Both the position numbers and the translations under genes were made by a program. Below, in pieces: positions 39,740 through 50,720 of a stretch of 64,000 bases of DNA (positions within the stretch are counted from its first letter, which is position 1; every line of letters starts with the position of its first letter). The notes under the pieces are model-generated. The model made no database searches. It was not told the DNA's origin and saw only the letters and a program-made list of their open reading frames with translations. The stretch comes from Planctomycetota bacterium (GTDB lineage: Bacteria > Planctomycetota > Phycisphaerae > Phycisphaerales > SM1A02), in NCBI GenBank assembly GCA_022568135.1, contig JADFFQ010000009.1:4741-68740 (forward strand), read 5' to 3'.

Positions 39740-41215
39740 ATGAATGCGGCCATGACCCCGCGACGCAAGCGATGGTATCGCCCGCGCAATCTGGCCATTG
39801 GGCTGGGTGGCGCAGCGGCCCTGTTCATCGCCTATCAGGTGTATTGGGCGGCGACCGCCGAACCGGCACCAGTAATCAACTACGCGGCGAAGCTGGTTGA
39901 ACTGTGCGAATCAGCCCAGCCCGCAGGTGAAAACTGCTGGCCGCTGTTCATCGAAGCGGCCACGATCCTCGATGAGGTCGAGGCGGAGATTCGGGAAAGG
40001 GGATTCGAGCCGCGCTTCGCCGGGAGCGGGTTTTTCGTGGATTACTCGCTGGTATACGACCCTCCTGCTGCCGGAACGGATGTTGAGCCCGAACGATTGG
40101 CCCTGGCGATGCTGCGTGAGCGTGGCGCATTCGATCTGCTGGCAGAGGCCGCGGTTCGACCGCGCGCGGTCCGGCCGATCATCGGCCCATCCCCGCTGTT
40201 TCATTCGGTCAGCCTGCCGGAGCTCGCACAGTTCCAGAGGTTGGCGAGGGCCCGGGTCGCGTCGATGCGGCTGGCGTTTGATGAAGGCGACATGGCCGAA
40301 GCCGTCGCGACCTTCGAGCAGACAATGGCACTGGGCCGCGCCTGCGGGGCCCAACCATTTTTGATCGACCAGTTGATTGGAAGGGCGATCGCCGCCTTGG
40401 CGACGTCGTATCTGCGTTACGAGCTGATGGAAAGATCGCTCGACACCCAGACGTGTCTGGAGCTGCTGTCCGTCCTGGATCGCCAGCGTCCCCTGTCCCG
40501 CCCCGGGGTGGCCCTTGAAGGTGAACGCCTGTTGATGTTCGATTTCATCCAATGGGCCTACACGGATGACGGCCACGGAGACGGCCGACTGAACCTGCAG
40601 AAGTACAGCAGCTTTGGCACAGGCGCCGGCTCGCCCTCGCAGCTGGGCGTACTAGGGACCTTCCAATCGATATTCCTTGCCGGGCGGGCGGAGACGATCA
40701 GGCTGGTTGATGAGTTCTACGATGGCATGGTTAGCGAAGCGAAAATGAACCCAATTGAACGGGCCAAGTCGCCATTCGATGCCGATGCGTTCGAGGCCAA
40801 GCTGACAGCACGGCACATATTCCTGAACGCCATGCTACCTGCTGCCGGCAAATTTATCGAAAAGGCTGAAGTGATCGATGTGGGGATCGAAGGGCTTCGC
40901 GTCATGCTGGCGCTTGAGGCCTACCGCAGCAAGCATGGCGCATATCCAGCATCACTCCGGGACCTTGTTCCCAAAATCCTGGGCGAGCTCCCCACTGACC
41001 CGATTCACGGCGGAGCGTTCGGCTACCACCTTGTCACGGATGACCCGCATGGTCGGGCATACCTGCTGTACTCGACGGGGCTCGACCGCACCGACAATGA
41101 CGGCGTCGAACTCGACGGCTCGGGAATTACAAAGTATGGCTGGGCCGGGACGCTCGTGAATCCGGAGACCAGCGGCTTCGATTTCGTCATCAATCAGCCG
41201 CGGCGGCAAGAATAA
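39740..41215 (+). CDS. Hypothetical membrane-anchored protein; the C-terminus resembles a pseudopilin (GspG-like DPxG...Y..S.G.D) tail but lacks a prepilin leader.
   Basis: N-terminal TM helix LAIGLGGAAALFIAYQVYWAA. The C-terminus is DPIHGGAFGYHLVTDDPHGRAYLLYSTGLDRTDNDG. Confidence 0.4.
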   Translation: MNAAMTPRRKRWYRPRNLAIGLGGAAALFIAYQVYWAATAEPAPVINYAAKLVELCESAQPAGENCWPLFIEAATILDEVEAEIRERGFEPRFAGSGFFVDYSLVYDPPAAGTDVEPERLALAMLRERGAFDLLAEAAVRPRAVRPIIGPSPLFHSVSLPELAQFQRLARARVASMRLAFDEGDMAEAVATFEQTMALGRACGAQPFLIDQLIGRAIAALATSYLRYELMERSLDTQTCLELLSVLDRQRPLSRPGVALEGERLLMFDFIQWAYTDDGHGDGRLNLQKYSSFGTGAGSPSQLGVLGTFQSIFLAGRAETIRLVDEFYDGMVSEAKMNPIERAKSPFDADAFEAKLTARHIFLNAMLPAAGKFIEKAEVIDVGIEGLRVMLALEAYRSKHGAYPASLRDLVPKILGELPTDPIHGGAFGYHLVTDDPHGRAYLLYSTGLDRTDNDGVELDGSGITKYGWAGTLVNPETSGFDFVINQPRRQE

Positions 41216-41341
41216 TGATCCTCGGGGCGGTCGTGAATACGCGGAGAGGATCACAGCGCGGGAGCTACCGTTGCGGGCGGGGCCTTCGGGAGGACCATGC
41301 TTCGCCTGTTGAGCGGTGATCGGGAGCGGCCTTGGCGCAAG

Positions 41342-41380
41342 AAAAGCCCCTGACTTCTTAGTCAGGGGGTGATTTCGTTT
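41342..41380. terminator. Bidirectional rho-independent terminator hairpin.
   Basis: aaaag-cccctgac-ttctta-gtcagggg-gtgatttcgttt: an 8 bp GC stem with T-runs on both strands. It serves 39740..41215 (+) and 41438..42220 (-). Confidence 0.55.
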
Positions 41381-41437
41381 GTCAGTTTGTGGGGGACCAA
41401 GCTGTCGGTCGGGCTTCGGCCGAAGCCCGATCCGCTG

Positions 41438-42220
41438 TTATGGGCAGGCGCCCCAGTTTGCGAGCAAGGTCAGCAGGTCGAGGATTCCGACGTCGCCGTC
41501 GCCGTTGAAGTCCGGCGGACCGCCGGGGTCGGTGCCCCAAGCAGCCAGCAAAGCCAGTAGGTCAAGGATGCCGACATCACCGTTGCCGTCGAGATCCCAC
41601 GGGCACGGCTCACCGGCCTCACCCACAAGCTGGAACCCGTTGACCGAGCCGAACCCAGAGTTGGTTTCGATGCTGACGGCGATCGTTCCGTCAACAACAT
41701 CGACAGTGTGCAACGCGTAGGTTGTACCCTGAGAATGGCCGCCCGGCCAGCCACCGCCGATGAACTGCGAAGGATCCGGGGACCCGGCCACCGACACCTC
41801 CGAAACGTACCCAGCACTGTCAGGTGCCCAGGCATAGGTATACACGGTGTAGGACCCGTTGGCGAGACCCGAAAACGTCCAGGTGGCAAGCATGCCCGCG
41901 CCACCGACGTCCTGGAGGTCGTCCATGAGGGCCTCGTCGTCGCCGGTGGTGCCCCCGTTGTTGTCGTCGAAGTCGCCACCGCCGCCGGAATTGCTCAGTG
42001 TGACCCCTGTCGCGCCGCCTGCTAGATCAGAGAGCGGGACATTGAACGCGCCCGCGTTCACAGCGTTCCAGGTACCACTCTGGCCGGCACCGGCAGCGTA
42101 GACGTCTGCCGGAACCCCATAGGGGCTGTTCGGGTCCCCGACATCGACGTTGAACGACTGCCCGAAGCCCGGCGTTGCGACGCCGAGTACAACTGCCAAG
42201 AAAAAGATTTTCGCCTTCAT
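41438..42220 (-). CDS. Secreted hypothetical protein with a dockerin-like tail (fifth member in the window).
   Basis: Signal peptide MKAKIFFLAVVLGVATPGFG. The C-terminus is PCPWDLDGNGDVGILDLLALLAAWGTDPGGPPDFNGDGDVGILDLLTLLANWGACP. Confidence 0.65.
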   Translation of the reverse strand: MKAKIFFLAVVLGVATPGFGQSFNVDVGDPNSPYGVPADVYAAGAGQSGTWNAVNAGAFNVPLSDLAGGATGVTLSNSGGGGDFDDNNGGTTGDDEALMDDLQDVGGAGMLATWTFSGLANGSYTVYTYAWAPDSAGYVSEVSVAGSPDPSQFIGGGWPGGHSQGTTYALHTVDVVDGTIAVSIETNSGFGSVNGFQLVGEAGEPCPWDLDGNGDVGILDLLALLAAWGTDPGGPPDFNGDGDVGILDLLTLLANWGACP

Positions 42221-42654
42221 TCTCGTCTCCTCTTCTCAAGAAGGTCCTGGTGAGCAGAACAAATTGCGGCCCCTGCGACCGCGCGCGCTGGAGCATAGGT
42301 GAGATTCTAACACTTCACGGCGGCCCACGCCCAGCTCCAAACACTACATACAACTAACCAGCCTCAGGGGATTCAGAAGAGCTCTGTCTCCGGGAACGGC
42401 CACATGCGCGCGGCCCACTCGGGAAGGGCTTCTGCCTGGTTCCTCCTGATCCTCAACTGCTATTGTCCCACAAGACCCTCTCCAATGCAAGATAAAATAG
42501 GCACGATTTTCGATTTGTCCGGAGCTTGCCGCCGGGCCCTGGCCAGAGGGGCTATGGGCCAACCGGCCGGACCCTTGCCGCGGTGGGGTCCTGGGCAGAA
42601 TGGGACGACCTTGGGGGCTTGCGACGGTGTGACCGGGGCTCAGCGGGGCGATCG

Positions 42655-42692
42655 CTGAAAACAGGCCGCACGCGTTGCCCTTGCGGGCCTCA
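42655..42692 (-). terminator. Putative rho-independent terminator downstream of fahA.
   Basis: On the minus strand, GGCCCGCAAGGGCAACGCGTGCGGCC followed by TGTTTTC. The stem is imperfect. Confidence 0.3.
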
Positions 42693-42785
42693 TCCAGGGA
42701 GAACGGCACGACCTGCTGTCGCTTACATCCGCCGAAGCTGGGGCGTCGTGGCCCCCGGCCAGTGAGCCGGCCGCAGGGGACTGTC

Positions 42786-44114
42786 TCAGCCCGCGGGTAG
42801 GATCACGCCGCGGCAGTCGCCGAAGCCGATGCGGGCGGCCCCGTCCTTGTGGCAGTACGCCCGGATGATTACCTCGTCGCCGTCTTGAAGGAACTTGCGG
42901 TTGCTGCCGTCGGGGAGCTGGATGGGATTCTGCCCGCGCCAGGTGCGCTCCATCAAGCAGCCACGCGAGTCTTCCGTCCGGCCGGAGACGGTGCCGCTGG
43001 CCAGCAGATCGCCGGGCCTCAGATTACAGCCGCTTGCCGTGTGGTGCACGAGCAGCTGAGCGATCGTCCAATACATTTCGGTGAAGTTGCCGCGGCTGAT
43101 GAGCATTGGCTCGAGCTCGCGGTCGCGCATCAACTGCGATGTCAAGTACACCTCAACAGTGATATCGTAGCCCATGTCGTCGGTTGGCTTGAGGTACTCA
43201 CGCAGCGGCGGATCACCTCCGGACCCCTCGCCGCGCGCTGCATCGGCGACGCGATAGGGTTCGAGCGCATCGAGCGTGACCACCCACGGGCTAATCGTCG
43301 TCGCGAAGTTCTTCGCATTGAACGGCCCCAGCGGCTGGTACTCCCACTTCTGAATATCGCGTGCGGACCAGTCGTTGACGATCACCATGCCGAAGATGTG
43401 CTCGGGGGCCTCGCGCATGGCGATTCGGTGTCCGAGGCCATTGCCCGGGCCTACAAAGAAACCCATTTCCAGCTCGTAGTCGAGTAGCTTCGATGGGCCG
43501 AACGTCGGCAACTGGGCGTCGTCCGCTTTCGCCTGACCGTACGGACGCCGGATCGCTGTCCCGCTGATCACGATCGAACTGGCCCGGCCGTGGTATCCCA
43601 CAGGCAGATGCTTGTAATTCGGAAGCAGCGGATTGTCCGGGCGGAACATGGACCCGATGTTCCGCGCGTGGTGGATTGAAGCGTAGAAATCCGTGTAGTC
43701 GCCGATCTGGACAGGGATGAGAAGCTCGGCATCAGCCCTCGAAACCACCATGCGCTCGCGCAGCTCGGCGTTGTCGCGCAACGTGGGGGTGTCGGCTTGG
43801 AGCAGGTGGCTGATCGACTGCCGCGCGGTTGAGCAGCTCTCGCGCCCCTGGCTCATGAACTGATTGAGCGACGGCGCGCAGAGGGCGCAAGCCGTCTCGG
43901 GGCTGATGCCCGCAAGCAGGTTCGCCTGCACTGCGCCTGGAACATCGAAGATGCTCTGCCCGATCGCCACGCCGATGCCCGGCGGATCGCTTGACCCGCG
44001 GCGCCGAAAGACGCCCAGCGGCAGGTTCTGGATCGGAAAGTCGCAGTCCGGCTCGTTGGCGGATTCAATCCAACTGCGAAGCGACCGGTCATGGGTTTGG
44101 TCGAGATTCGGCAT
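42786..44114 (-). CDS. fahA: Fumarylacetoacetase (fumarylacetoacetate hydrolase).
   Basis: FPIQNLPLGVF, GDYTDFY, HLPVGYHGRASS; 442 aa. Confidence 0.9.
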   Translation of the reverse strand: MPNLDQTHDRSLRSWIESANEPDCDFPIQNLPLGVFRRRGSSDPPGIGVAIGQSIFDVPGAVQANLLAGISPETACALCAPSLNQFMSQGRESCSTARQSISHLLQADTPTLRDNAELRERMVVSRADAELLIPVQIGDYTDFYASIHHARNIGSMFRPDNPLLPNYKHLPVGYHGRASSIVISGTAIRRPYGQAKADDAQLPTFGPSKLLDYELEMGFFVGPGNGLGHRIAMREAPEHIFGMVIVNDWSARDIQKWEYQPLGPFNAKNFATTISPWVVTLDALEPYRVADAARGEGSGGDPPLREYLKPTDDMGYDITVEVYLTSQLMRDRELEPMLISRGNFTEMYWTIAQLLVHHTASGCNLRPGDLLASGTVSGRTEDSRGCLMERTWRGQNPIQLPDGSNRKFLQDGDEVIIRAYCHKDGAARIGFGDCRGVILPAG

Positions 44115-44127
44115 GGTTCGTGCGCCG

Positions 44128-45084
44128 TCACAAGAGATTCAGCGCTCGCAGATCAGCGCGCGGCTCATCGAACGAGCATGATCCGAACGAGGTGGCAAAG
44201 TTCAGTCGCGTCTCCTGGATCTGGCCAGTCGTCAGTTCGTGATCGTGATACCACAGCCCCGCCTTGGCGAACGTAAACGAGTCGAGTGATTCATCGGTCA
44301 GCAGCGCAAGCAGATCACCTTGGGACAGGTCCTTTGACGCCGCCAGTACCCCAGACACAAACACGTTCAGGAAGCCAAACTCGAGTGTGTCAGGGCCGTC
44401 TGGGCGATGACTCAGGGGATGATGCAGGCCTGCGGTGGCCTTGAAGGGCACGCCTGGGACCGCACAGGCCCGGATAAACCGAGCGAGGTGTTCGGGCTGG
44501 GGAGACGATTGTGGCCCGGCGCCGCCGGTTCTCACTTTCGCGCCCGCGTCGCTCCCGGCCAGGGCCGCAATCAGCCCGCGCGGATCGTCATTGATCGGCA
44601 GCTCGAAGAAGGGAAAGAGATCGTCGGGAATGCGGGTGAGCGCATCCTCGATGTCGGCCGCGATCTTCGCCCCCAATTCAATCACATTGATTTCAGCCCA
44701 GCCGGCGGTCGGGCGGCGGTGGGCATCGTTGAACGCGGCAATCCGTTGGAGATCCACCTCGAGCTGTGGGTCGCCTGCGGTGCTCGCCAGCGCGCTGATC
44801 TGCCACGGCCCGGCATCGTCGTGCCTAGGAAGGACGGATGCTGCGTGCTGCTCGAACTCATCGAGACGTGAAGCGGGAATCACCAGCCGCCCAAGCATCC
44901 AGGCATCATTACTCGCCAGGTGATCAGCGTAGTTGCGCACCGTCGCGGCCATGTCGAGCTGTGCCGGAGGGAAGAGTCCGGCGTAGTCGATGATCCCCGT
45001 CAGAAGCGCGCGCAGACTTTCGATCACCGTCTCTTGAGACTCCGGTTGGGGTGAGGCCGTCACCGTCACTACTGCCGCTCCCAT
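44128..45084 (-). CDS. Hypothetical protein (318 aa) immediately upstream of fahA, with a 13 bp gap to it.
   Basis: No family was recognised. Same strand and same apparent operon as fahA. Confidence 0.5.
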   Translation of the reverse strand: MGAAVVTVTASPQPESQETVIESLRALLTGIIDYAGLFPPAQLDMAATVRNYADHLASNDAWMLGRLVIPASRLDEFEQHAASVLPRHDDAGPWQISALASTAGDPQLEVDLQRIAAFNDAHRRPTAGWAEINVIELGAKIAADIEDALTRIPDDLFPFFELPINDDPRGLIAALAGSDAGAKVRTGGAGPQSSPQPEHLARFIRACAVPGVPFKATAGLHHPLSHRPDGPDTLEFGFLNVFVSGVLAASKDLSQGDLLALLTDESLDSFTFAKAGLWYHDHELTTGQIQETRLNFATSFGSCSFDEPRADLRALNLL

Positions 45085-45203
45085 CTTGTCATCGACTCAC
45101 CGCGCGACACGGCTCGTCGGTACTATACCTGACCACCCCCCGAGAGGTGAGTCGGAGCCCCAGCGTCTGCGTCTCAACAACGGTGTGCCGGATCACGGCG
45201 CAC

Positions 45204-46934
45204 TTAGCCGTTTGGTGAGTGTTTTTGTTTCCCAGCTGCTGTCAACGTTTGCCTCTGCTCAATTCTCGCCCACGTGTCACGCAGCGACACGGTTCGATTG
45301 AAGACCAGCTTCCGTACGGATGAATCGGCGTCGACGCAGAAATAGCCCTGTCTTTCAAACTGGAATCGAGACCCTGGTGAAGCTCCGGCGAGGCTCGGCT
45401 CGACCCGACACGACGTCAACGTCTCCAGAGAATCCGGATTGAGTGCCGAGGCGAGGTCTTCATCGTTCTTGACATCGCTTGGATTTTCCTTGATGAAGAG
45501 ACGATCAAACAAGCGGACTTCTGCCTCCAGCGCGTGATCGGCCGAAACCCAATGGAGGGTTGCTTTGACCTTGCGTCCGTCCGGAGGCGATCCTCCTCGG
45601 GTCTCGGGATCATAGGTGCAGTGCAGCTCGATCACTTCACCGGTTTCTTCGTGTTTGACCACGCCGACACACCGAATCAAGTACGCGTATCGCAGACGTA
45701 CTTCACGGCCGGGGGCGAGACGAAAGAACTTCCTCGGCGGCTGCTGGCGAAAATCGTCTCGCTCGATGAACAACACGCGAGAGAAGGGGACTTTGCGTGA
45801 GCCCATGCCGGGATCCTCCGGATTATTCACCGCATCCAATTCCTCGACCTGATTTTGCGGATAGTTGTCGATGACCACTCGAAGCGGCCGCAACACACCC
45901 ATGACCCGCGTCGCGCGTCGATTGAGGTCTTCGCGAACGCAGTGTTCAAGCAGCGCGATGTCGGTTGTGCTGTTGTACTTGGTGATGCCGATGCGGTTGC
46001 AGAAGTTCCGGATTGATTGGGGGGTGTAGCCGCGCCTGCGCAAGCCGGCCAGGGTCGGCATTCGCGGATCATCCCACCCGCTGACATCTCCCCGTTGCAC
46101 CAGTTCCAGAAGCTTTCGCTTGCTCAGCACCGTGTAGCTGAGATTGAGGCGAGCGAACTCGATCTGCTGCGGGTGATGGATGCTCAGTTTGTCGAGATAC
46201 CAGTCGTACAAGGGACGATGGTCTTCAAACTCTAGCGTGCACAGCGAATGGGTGATTCCTTCGATGGAATCCGACTGCCCGTGAGCGAAGTCGTACATGG
46301 GATAGATGCACCACATGCTGCCCGTGCGGTGATGCGAGGCCTTGAGAATGCGGTACATGACCGGATCGCGCAGATTCAGATTGGGCGAAGCCATGTCGAT
46401 CTTAGCGCGCAGGACATGAGAGCCGTCCTCGAACTCGCCCGCCCGCATGCGCTCAAAGAGATCCAGGTTCTCCTGGACAGGTCGGTTGCGGTACGGACTT
46501 TCCCGGCCGGGTTTGGTGAGCGTTCCCCGGTATTGGCGGATTTGTTCGGCGCTCAGCTCGCAGACGAAAGCATTGCCTTTCTTGATGAGCTCCAATGTGT
46601 ATCCGTGCAGTCGGTCGAAATAGTCGGAGGCATAGTACTCATGGTCGCCCCAATCGAAGCCGAGCCAACGAACGTCTTGCTTGATCGCCTGGACGTAATG
46701 CTGCTCCTCCTTGGTTGGGTTGGTATCGTCGAACCGCAAATGGCAAGTACCGCCGTTCTGGGCCGCGATGCCGAAGTTCAGGCAAATGGACTTCGCGTGC
46801 CCAATGTGAAGATAGCCGTTGGGCTCCGGCGGAAATCGGGTCACCACTCGGCCTGCGTTCTTGTTGGCCTTGCGGTCCTGCGCCACTTTGCTGCGGATAA
46901 AGTCGGAGGTTGGTGTTGCATCGCGCGAAGTCAT
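45204..46934 (-). CDS. glnS: Glutamine--tRNA ligase.
   Basis: [26 protein letters not shown]...LRFDDTNP, the GlnRS signature. Confidence 0.85.
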   Translation of the reverse strand: MTSRDATPTSDFIRSKVAQDRKANKNAGRVVTRFPPEPNGYLHIGHAKSICLNFGIAAQNGGTCHLRFDDTNPTKEEQHYVQAIKQDVRWLGFDWGDHEYYASDYFDRLHGYTLELIKKGNAFVCELSAEQIRQYRGTLTKPGRESPYRNRPVQENLDLFERMRAGEFEDGSHVLRAKIDMASPNLNLRDPVMYRILKASHHRTGSMWCIYPMYDFAHGQSDSIEGITHSLCTLEFEDHRPLYDWYLDKLSIHHPQQIEFARLNLSYTVLSKRKLLELVQRGDVSGWDDPRMPTLAGLRRRGYTPQSIRNFCNRIGITKYNSTTDIALLEHCVREDLNRRATRVMGVLRPLRVVIDNYPQNQVEELDAVNNPEDPGMGSRKVPFSRVLFIERDDFRQQPPRKFFRLAPGREVRLRYAYLIRCVGVVKHEETGEVIELHCTYDPETRGGSPPDGRKVKATLHWVSADHALEAEVRLFDRLFIKENPSDVKNDEDLASALNPDSLETLTSCRVEPSLAGASPGSRFQFERQGYFCVDADSSVRKLVFNRTVSLRDTWARIEQRQTLTAAGKQKHSPNG

Positions 46935-46965
46935 ATCGGCAGCCGCCTTCTCGTGCGTTCCTCTC

Positions 46966-48663
46966 CTATGTGCTTGAAGACAACTTGCGGTTGCTCAGGC
47001 AGCGCTCGATGCGATTGAGAACCGCGTCCCGGCCCAGGATCGCCAGCGTCTCGAATATGGCCGGGCTGACCGTTGTGCCGGTGACGGCGATGCGCAGCGG
47101 CTGTGCGACCTTGGCGAGCTTCCCGTCGGCGCGCTCGTCGGCGTATCGCTTCAGCAACCGCTCGAGTGTTTCGACCATCCATTCCGAGAGCTCCTTGAGC
47201 AGCGGCATCACCGCCTCAAGGTGCGCATAACCGTTGGGCTCGCCGGTCTCCAGCGCCTTGTGCACCGCCTTGGACTGCTCGTAGACGATCTGGTCGTCAC
47301 TCATGATGAAGAATCGGCCGCTTCGGAACGGATCGTCGAGCGTCTTGGAGCGCTGGTGATTCGCCGCTGCGAACATCGCGAACTGCTCGTCGGAAAGCTC
47401 CCGCCCATATTCCGGATGATAACGCTCTCCGTGCTGCCGCAGCCGAGCGATGAATTGCTCGGTGGACATCGCCTGTAATGCATCGAGGTTGAACGCCAAG
47501 AGCTTGTCGCGATCGAACCTGGCGGGCGACTTGAGAACGCGATCAAGATCAAAGTGCTCGATGAGAAACTGCTGATCGAACTTCTCGATATCTCCGCCCG
47601 GTGACCATCCGAGGAGCGCCAGATAGTTGACCATTACCTCGGGCAGGTAGCCAGCCCGCCGAAAGTCTTTGACGTCAATCTCCGGTAGATCTATGTCCAG
47701 GGCTAGGGCTAACCGCTCAGCGGATTCCAGTTCAAGCGGATGATCCTTGTTCGAGAGCCATGACCGCCAATGTTCTTCGGACATCACCGCTTCGTTGCTC
47801 GAATGGGGCATCGCCGGCGACCGTTCCAGGCCGCGCTCGCGCACGGCGTTCCGAAGGGCCTTGTCCTTGTCGCGCTTCGACATCTTGGAGCCGTCGGGAT
47901 TGAAGATGAGCGAGAGATGTGCGTACACGGGCCGGCGGAACCCCAGCGCATCCTGGAGCAGGACATGCTTGGCGGTGTTGTAGAGGTGCTCCTGACCGCG
48001 GATGACGTGCGTCACCCCCATCAGCTCGTCGTCCACGACCACCGCGAAGTGATAGGTCGGATACCCGTCGCCCTTGAGAATCACGAAGTCATCGATCTCT
48101 TCTGGACGAACGGTTACCTCGCCGTAGACCTCGTCGTGAACGTTGACCGGTTGCTCATCGGGCGCCTTGAAGCGGACGACATGTGGCCGGTCTTCATCCA
48201 GGTAGCGCTGGATCGTTGCCCTATCGAGCTTCAACGCCGCTCGATCGTATCGGTAGACTCGCTTCTGGGCCCGGGCGGCGGCGCGAGCGGCTTCGAGTTG
48301 CTCAGGGCCCTCAAACGCGCGGTAGGCCTTGCCTTGCTCGAGCAGAATATCGATGTAACGGTGATACAGGTCAAGCCGTTGGGAGGCAAAGTACGGACCG
48401 TGTTCTCCCGGACCGCAGCCATCGTGTGCCGGGCCTTCATCCCACCTAATTCCCAACCATGCAAGGTCGTCCAAGAGCGCCCGGGTAGCGGTGTCGGATG
48501 ATCGCTTCTGGTCCGTATCCTCGATGCGAAGAATAAACGACCCGCCGTGGGCCTTGGCGTAGGCCCAGCAGAACAACGCTGTACGGGCCCCACCGACATG
48601 CAAATGCCCGCTTGGGCTGGGCGCAAAGCGCGTGCGCACGATGGAAGATTTCGACTCGCTCAT
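46966..48663 (-). CDS. gltX: Glutamate--tRNA ligase.
   Basis: [27 protein letters not shown]...[12 protein letters not shown], and a KMSKR motif. Confidence 0.9.
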   Translation of the reverse strand: MSESKSSIVRTRFAPSPSGHLHVGGARTALFCWAYAKAHGGSFILRIEDTDQKRSSDTATRALLDDLAWLGIRWDEGPAHDGCGPGEHGPYFASQRLDLYHRYIDILLEQGKAYRAFEGPEQLEAARAAARAQKRVYRYDRAALKLDRATIQRYLDEDRPHVVRFKAPDEQPVNVHDEVYGEVTVRPEEIDDFVILKGDGYPTYHFAVVVDDELMGVTHVIRGQEHLYNTAKHVLLQDALGFRRPVYAHLSLIFNPDGSKMSKRDKDKALRNAVRERGLERSPAMPHSSNEAVMSEEHWRSWLSNKDHPLELESAERLALALDIDLPEIDVKDFRRAGYLPEVMVNYLALLGWSPGGDIEKFDQQFLIEHFDLDRVLKSPARFDRDKLLAFNLDALQAMSTEQFIARLRQHGERYHPEYGRELSDEQFAMFAAANHQRSKTLDDPFRSGRFFIMSDDQIVYEQSKAVHKALETGEPNGYAHLEAVMPLLKELSEWMVETLERLLKRYADERADGKLAKVAQPLRIAVTGTTVSPAIFETLAILGRDAVLNRIERCLSNRKLSSST

Positions 48664-48750
48664 GCGGCGGCAAGGGTATCGCCGAAGCGGCCGAAAGTCG
48701 AAATCGCCCTCGCCTCGTCCGAGCGACCGCGGGTTCCAGTCGATTCGGAT

Positions 48751-49665
48751 TCACTCATTTGGGTGCGGCGCATCAGTGTCGCCGCCAGCTCGCCGCGATC
48801 GTGAGATGACCAATTGCGCAGGACCTGACAGCGCGTAGACTGTAAACAGCAGCGCCAAGGTTTCCTGCGGCCACCAGACCGCCAGTGCCATCGGGACGAC
48901 CAGACGGACGACGTACGCGAAGCTCCGCGGGCCGCGGATGTAGCGGTTGGTGAAGTGGACGTATGAAATGGAAGACACCATGGCGACGGCGCAGAGGAGA
49001 ACAATCAACGGAATGCCCAGGGTGGCCCCTCGCACAAAGCCGGACGAGACGCCGCCGATGTACTTGGCCACGAGCAGGTGCTGATGCAGAAGAATCAAGC
49101 TGGCGACGGTGCCGGCCGCACCGGGCGATGGCAGACCGCGGAAGCTGCCTCGGCGCTCGATCCGGCTGGAGGTTGCTTCGATGTTGAACCTGGCCAGTCG
49201 TAGCCCCGTGCAACACACATACAACACCGCGACGCCCCACAGCACCTTGCCCAGCAGGTCGTCGGCTTCCGGGCCGATGATGGTCACGCCGGCATCGTCA
49301 GCAAGGTGTTGTCCGACCAACCGCAGCATGATGTACGCCGGCGCCACCCCGAAGGTGACCATGTCCGCCAGCGAGTCGAGCTGCCCGCCGACTTCGGACG
49401 TCGAGCGCGTCAGCCGGGCGATTGACCCGTCCACCGCGTCGAACAGCATCCCCAGGAAGATGAGCGCCCCGGCAAAGGTCAGACCGGACCATCCCCACGG
49501 TCCGGCGAAATCGGGCGGCATGGACGCATAATGGATCGCGGCGAAGCCGGCCACCAGGTTCCCCAGCGTGCAAAGGGTGGCCATCACCGACATCGAGGGC
49601 AGATGTCGCCTGCGATGACGCCGGCGAGATCTCGGCCGCAGCCGATGCGCCTTGGTGGGCTCCAT
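48751..49665 (-). CDS. pssA: CDP-alcohol phosphatidyltransferase (phosphatidylserine synthase-like).
   Basis: DAVDGSIARLTRSTSEVGGQLDSLADMV fits D-G-x2-A-R-x8-G-x3-D-x3-D. The start is taken at MEPTK to avoid overlap with the next gene. Confidence 0.7.
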   Translation of the reverse strand: MEPTKAHRLRPRSRRRHRRRHLPSMSVMATLCTLGNLVAGFAAIHYASMPPDFAGPWGWSGLTFAGALIFLGMLFDAVDGSIARLTRSTSEVGGQLDSLADMVTFGVAPAYIMLRLVGQHLADDAGVTIIGPEADDLLGKVLWGVAVLYVCCTGLRLARFNIEATSSRIERRGSFRGLPSPGAAGTVASLILLHQHLLVAKYIGGVSSGFVRGATLGIPLIVLLCAVAMVSSISYVHFTNRYIRGPRSFAYVVRLVVPMALAVWWPQETLALLFTVYALSGPAQLVISRSRRAGGDTDAPHPNE

Positions 49666-49699
49666 GTCGGCTGTTGCCTCGGTGGGCGGGTTTATGCGG

Positions 49700-50671
49700 T
49701 CACTTGCGGGCTGCACTTGGGGGCCCATCTTCGGCGGACAGGGAGTGAGCTGCAACCTGACCACGCGGGAACAGCGGTGTCGAGATCTTCGGGACAAACA
49801 CCAACATGTTGCGAGTCGGCGGCTGGGTCTGGCCGACGAATAGAAGCTCGCCGATGGTTGCAGCGGCGGCAAGGCTTCGTTGGTCTGCTTTGGATGATCC
49901 GTCAGCGGGGCGCTGGGGAGAGCCAACTGAGTCGGGCGGTGGATTTTCCTGCGGTGGCTCTGATCGGTCGCCATTCTCCCGCCATTGCACCTGCGGTGAC
50001 TCACCCGTCAGCACGTAGGCGAAGCCGGCTTCGAGCTGAACCTCCAATGCAATCGAAGCGAAGACTTCGCCGGACATTGTGCGATCCCCGAGCAGTTTGC
50101 GAAATCGTGGCGCATGCGGAGGCTGAAACTGCGGCAGGAGCTCAAGATTCAGGTACAGGCCGTCCTCCATCTGGACCGTCCAGGTTCGAACCATCAGGCG
50201 AAACCAGCCGGGTCCATAGCGCACGACGCGACCGTCAACCGCGACCTCGACGCCCCCGGAGCCGATCCAATACTGCTGGAGCCTGCGCCAGTCATAGATT
50301 TGGCCGTGCCAGGCCGTGACATCCAGCGAGGCGAGGCCGAGCTCCGCCAACAGCGCGTCAACCTGATCCGCCCGCACCCGCACAAATCGCAGACCGCTGC
50401 GCCGCAACGCTGAAGTACGAGCCGGACCGACCTCCTTTGGGTCCCAATACTTCATGAGAGCAGCGCCGATGCGGTTCGGATCGTCCTGGATGACCCATCG
50501 CCGTACCTCCAATCCACTGGTGGTGTTGATGAGCCGAGGCAATCCCTCGGTTGATCGCGGTCTCAGCACGGTCCCGTTGATCACGCCCGGCACACTGGGG
50601 GCCTGTGGCGACGCGCACCCGGTGAAGACCGCGGCTGCCAACACTTTGAGCGAGCGGGGAATGCGTATCAT
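49700..50671 (-). CDS. Hypothetical lipoprotein.
   Basis: Lipobox AAAVFTGC. No family was recognised. Confidence 0.45.
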   Translation of the reverse strand: MIRIPRSLKVLAAAVFTGCASPQAPSVPGVINGTVLRPRSTEGLPRLINTTSGLEVRRWVIQDDPNRIGAALMKYWDPKEVGPARTSALRRSGLRFVRVRADQVDALLAELGLASLDVTAWHGQIYDWRRLQQYWIGSGGVEVAVDGRVVRYGPGWFRLMVRTWTVQMEDGLYLNLELLPQFQPPHAPRFRKLLGDRTMSGEVFASIALEVQLEAGFAYVLTGESPQVQWRENGDRSEPPQENPPPDSVGSPQRPADGSSKADQRSLAAAATIGELLFVGQTQPPTRNMLVFVPKISTPLFPRGQVAAHSLSAEDGPPSAARK

Positions 50672-50720
50672 CGCCGAATAGTTCGCCCAGCGCGGCGCCG
50701 GGCGCAGGCGCCGTGGAACC

